IMG/VR virus record: IMGVR_UViG_3300028578_000001
Reading direction: 5' to 3' (one strand)
Source: a virus
Length of the DNA stretch: 51,059 nucleotides
Part shown: in pieces, positions 50,334-51,059 of the stretch
Layout: the number at the start of each line of letters is the position of its first letter
How positions within the stretch are numbered: position 1 is the first letter of the stretch
The notes under the pieces: generated by a model
Seen by the model: the letters and a program-made list of their open reading frames with translations, nothing else
The model's database searches: none
Told to the model about the DNA's origin: nothing
Translations under genes and position numbers: made by a program

Positions 50334-50626
50334 CCTCTCTGTCCCCTATGATCGACAGAAGAAGGGTTGGGCGATTGCCGCGTTGCGGCACCGGGGCTCT
50401 CGTGCTTCGCATCGAGCCCTTCGGTCTCGACCAAAGGCTTCGATCCTCTATCGCGGGCGTACTTCTCAGCCGCCTCAATTCTCGCGGTATAATTCGCGAA
50501 TACGATGACCGCACAGACAGCGGCGAAGACGTTCACTTTGAGGAACGCCAACATCAGTGCGAAACACACCATCGAAAGCGTGGGCGAGCCGAGCATTCGC
50601 TCAAGCCGGTCGAGGAAGCTCGTCAC
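50330..50626 (-). CDS. Membrane protein whose 3' end runs into repeat copy 7
   Basis: Hydrophobic MVCFALMLAFLKVNVFAAVCAVIVF; the C-terminal ~35 aa are the translated repeat. Confidence 0.5.
   Translation of the reverse strand: MTSFLDRLERMLGSPTLSMVCFALMLAFLKVNVFAAVCAVIVFANYTARIEAAEKYARDRGSKPLVETEGLDAKHESPGAATRQSPNPSSVDHRGQRG
50366..50455 (-). repeat. GC-rich two-hairpin repeat, copy 7
   Basis: Reverse complement reads CGCGATAGAGGATCGAAGCC..CGAGACC-GAA-GGGCTCG..CGAGAGCC..TGCCGC-AAC-GCGGCA..ATCGCCCAAC. Confidence 0.7.
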
Positions 50627-51059
50627 GCCGCCCTCCCGATCTGCCGGACAGCCTCGCCATCAAAGGCAAACAGTTGCTCAGCGTAGAGGTCGTGCACGCG
50701 CGTCGTGACGTAATCGCGATAGACGTAGGTTGGCCGCGACTTGCGCTTGATGGCATAGGTGTGCAGGGTCATCTCTCCGTTCGCTTCGTCTGTTTCGTTG
50801 ATGACGAGGAAGTCTTTGTGAAAGCAGCGGATCATGGCGGCGTTCAGCGCTTCCTGAAGCGAGGCGGGTTCGCAGTTAAGATAAAGCGCCGATGTCCGCT
50901 TGCCGTCAGAGACGCGGAAGGCCTCATAGCGCTTGGCACTGTAGCGCACGGCGTGCCTCGCCAGCCGCATGGCGCTGGCGGCTATGTCCGGGATGGCTCT
51001 AACCGCAGCGTAGAGGGCGCGATGCAGTGGATCTGGAAACGGCTCGCCGAAGCGGTCGT
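50623..51059 (-). CDS. Hypothetical protein, spans the circular junction
   Basis: ORF 50623..50970 stays open to the window end; the likely start is the ATG at nt 167 of the duplicated start region. Confidence 0.55.
   Translation of the reverse strand, partial: DRFGEPFPDPLHRALYAAVRAIPDIAASAMRLARHAVRYSAKRYEAFRVSDGKRTSALYLNCEPASLQEALNAAMIRCFHKDFLVINETDEANGEMTLHTYAIKRKSRPTYVYRDYVTTRVHDLYAEQLFAFDGEAVRQIGRAA
50933..51059. repeat. Terminal direct repeat (circular-assembly overlap)
   Basis: Identical to nt 1-127. Confidence 0.95.

Noticed and set aside
1-51059. CRISPR arrays, rRNA genes, transposase/IS elements, reverse transcriptase (retron/DGR)
   Set aside because: I saw no regularly spaced direct repeats with unique spacers, no rRNA-like segments, and no transposase or RT motifs in any listed ORF. 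The only repeat families are the ones reported.

Overview
The window is a complete circular replicon. Nucleotides 1-127 are identical to 50933-51059, which is an assembly overlap, so the unique length is 50,932 bp. It reads as a high-GC temperate tailed phage or prophage, probably of an alphaproteobacterium. That host guess is an inference from GTA-like tail genes, a GcrA-like HTH, CcrM-type methyltransferases and an attP matching the 3' half of a tRNA-Val. Layout: (i) An immunity switch at about 4.9-5.7 kb has an XRE repressor, a Cro-like gene and TTCAC-N5-GTGAA operators. (ii) A rightward early operon (6-13 kb) carries two paralogous DNA methyltransferases, HNH endonucleases, RusA, a split VRR-NUC gene and a DnaA-domain protein. 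(iii) A virion module (13.1-36.5 kb) runs terS/terL, DUF1073 portal, MuF, DUF2213 protease/scaffold, DUF2184 capsid, connectors, major tail, chaperones, tape measure, tail tip and fibre. (iv) A membrane-protein cassette lies at 36.6-38.2 kb. (v) A leftward block runs 39.0-51.0 kb, continues across the junction to 5.5 kb, and has one further convergent minus-strand gene at 38.2-39.0 kb. It holds integrase plus attP, QueD plus a TGT-fold DpdA-like gene, RecT, a RecE-like nuclease, a Ref-like HNH, an ATP-grasp protein, a nucleotidyltransferase, ParB-like and further HNH genes, many joined by ATGA/GTGA overlaps. Most notable non-genic signals: a 13-nt motif (CTGACGGCGGTAA) present 7 times at virion gene-block boundaries with fixed phasing to the next ATG; a family of at least 7 GC-rich two-hairpin repeats with compensatory stem changes; and a roughly 240-nt candidate structured RNA. 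Start codons I moved and all non-ORF coordinates were hand-derived and may be off by 1-2 nt. All homology calls are motif recognition by eye, not database searches.
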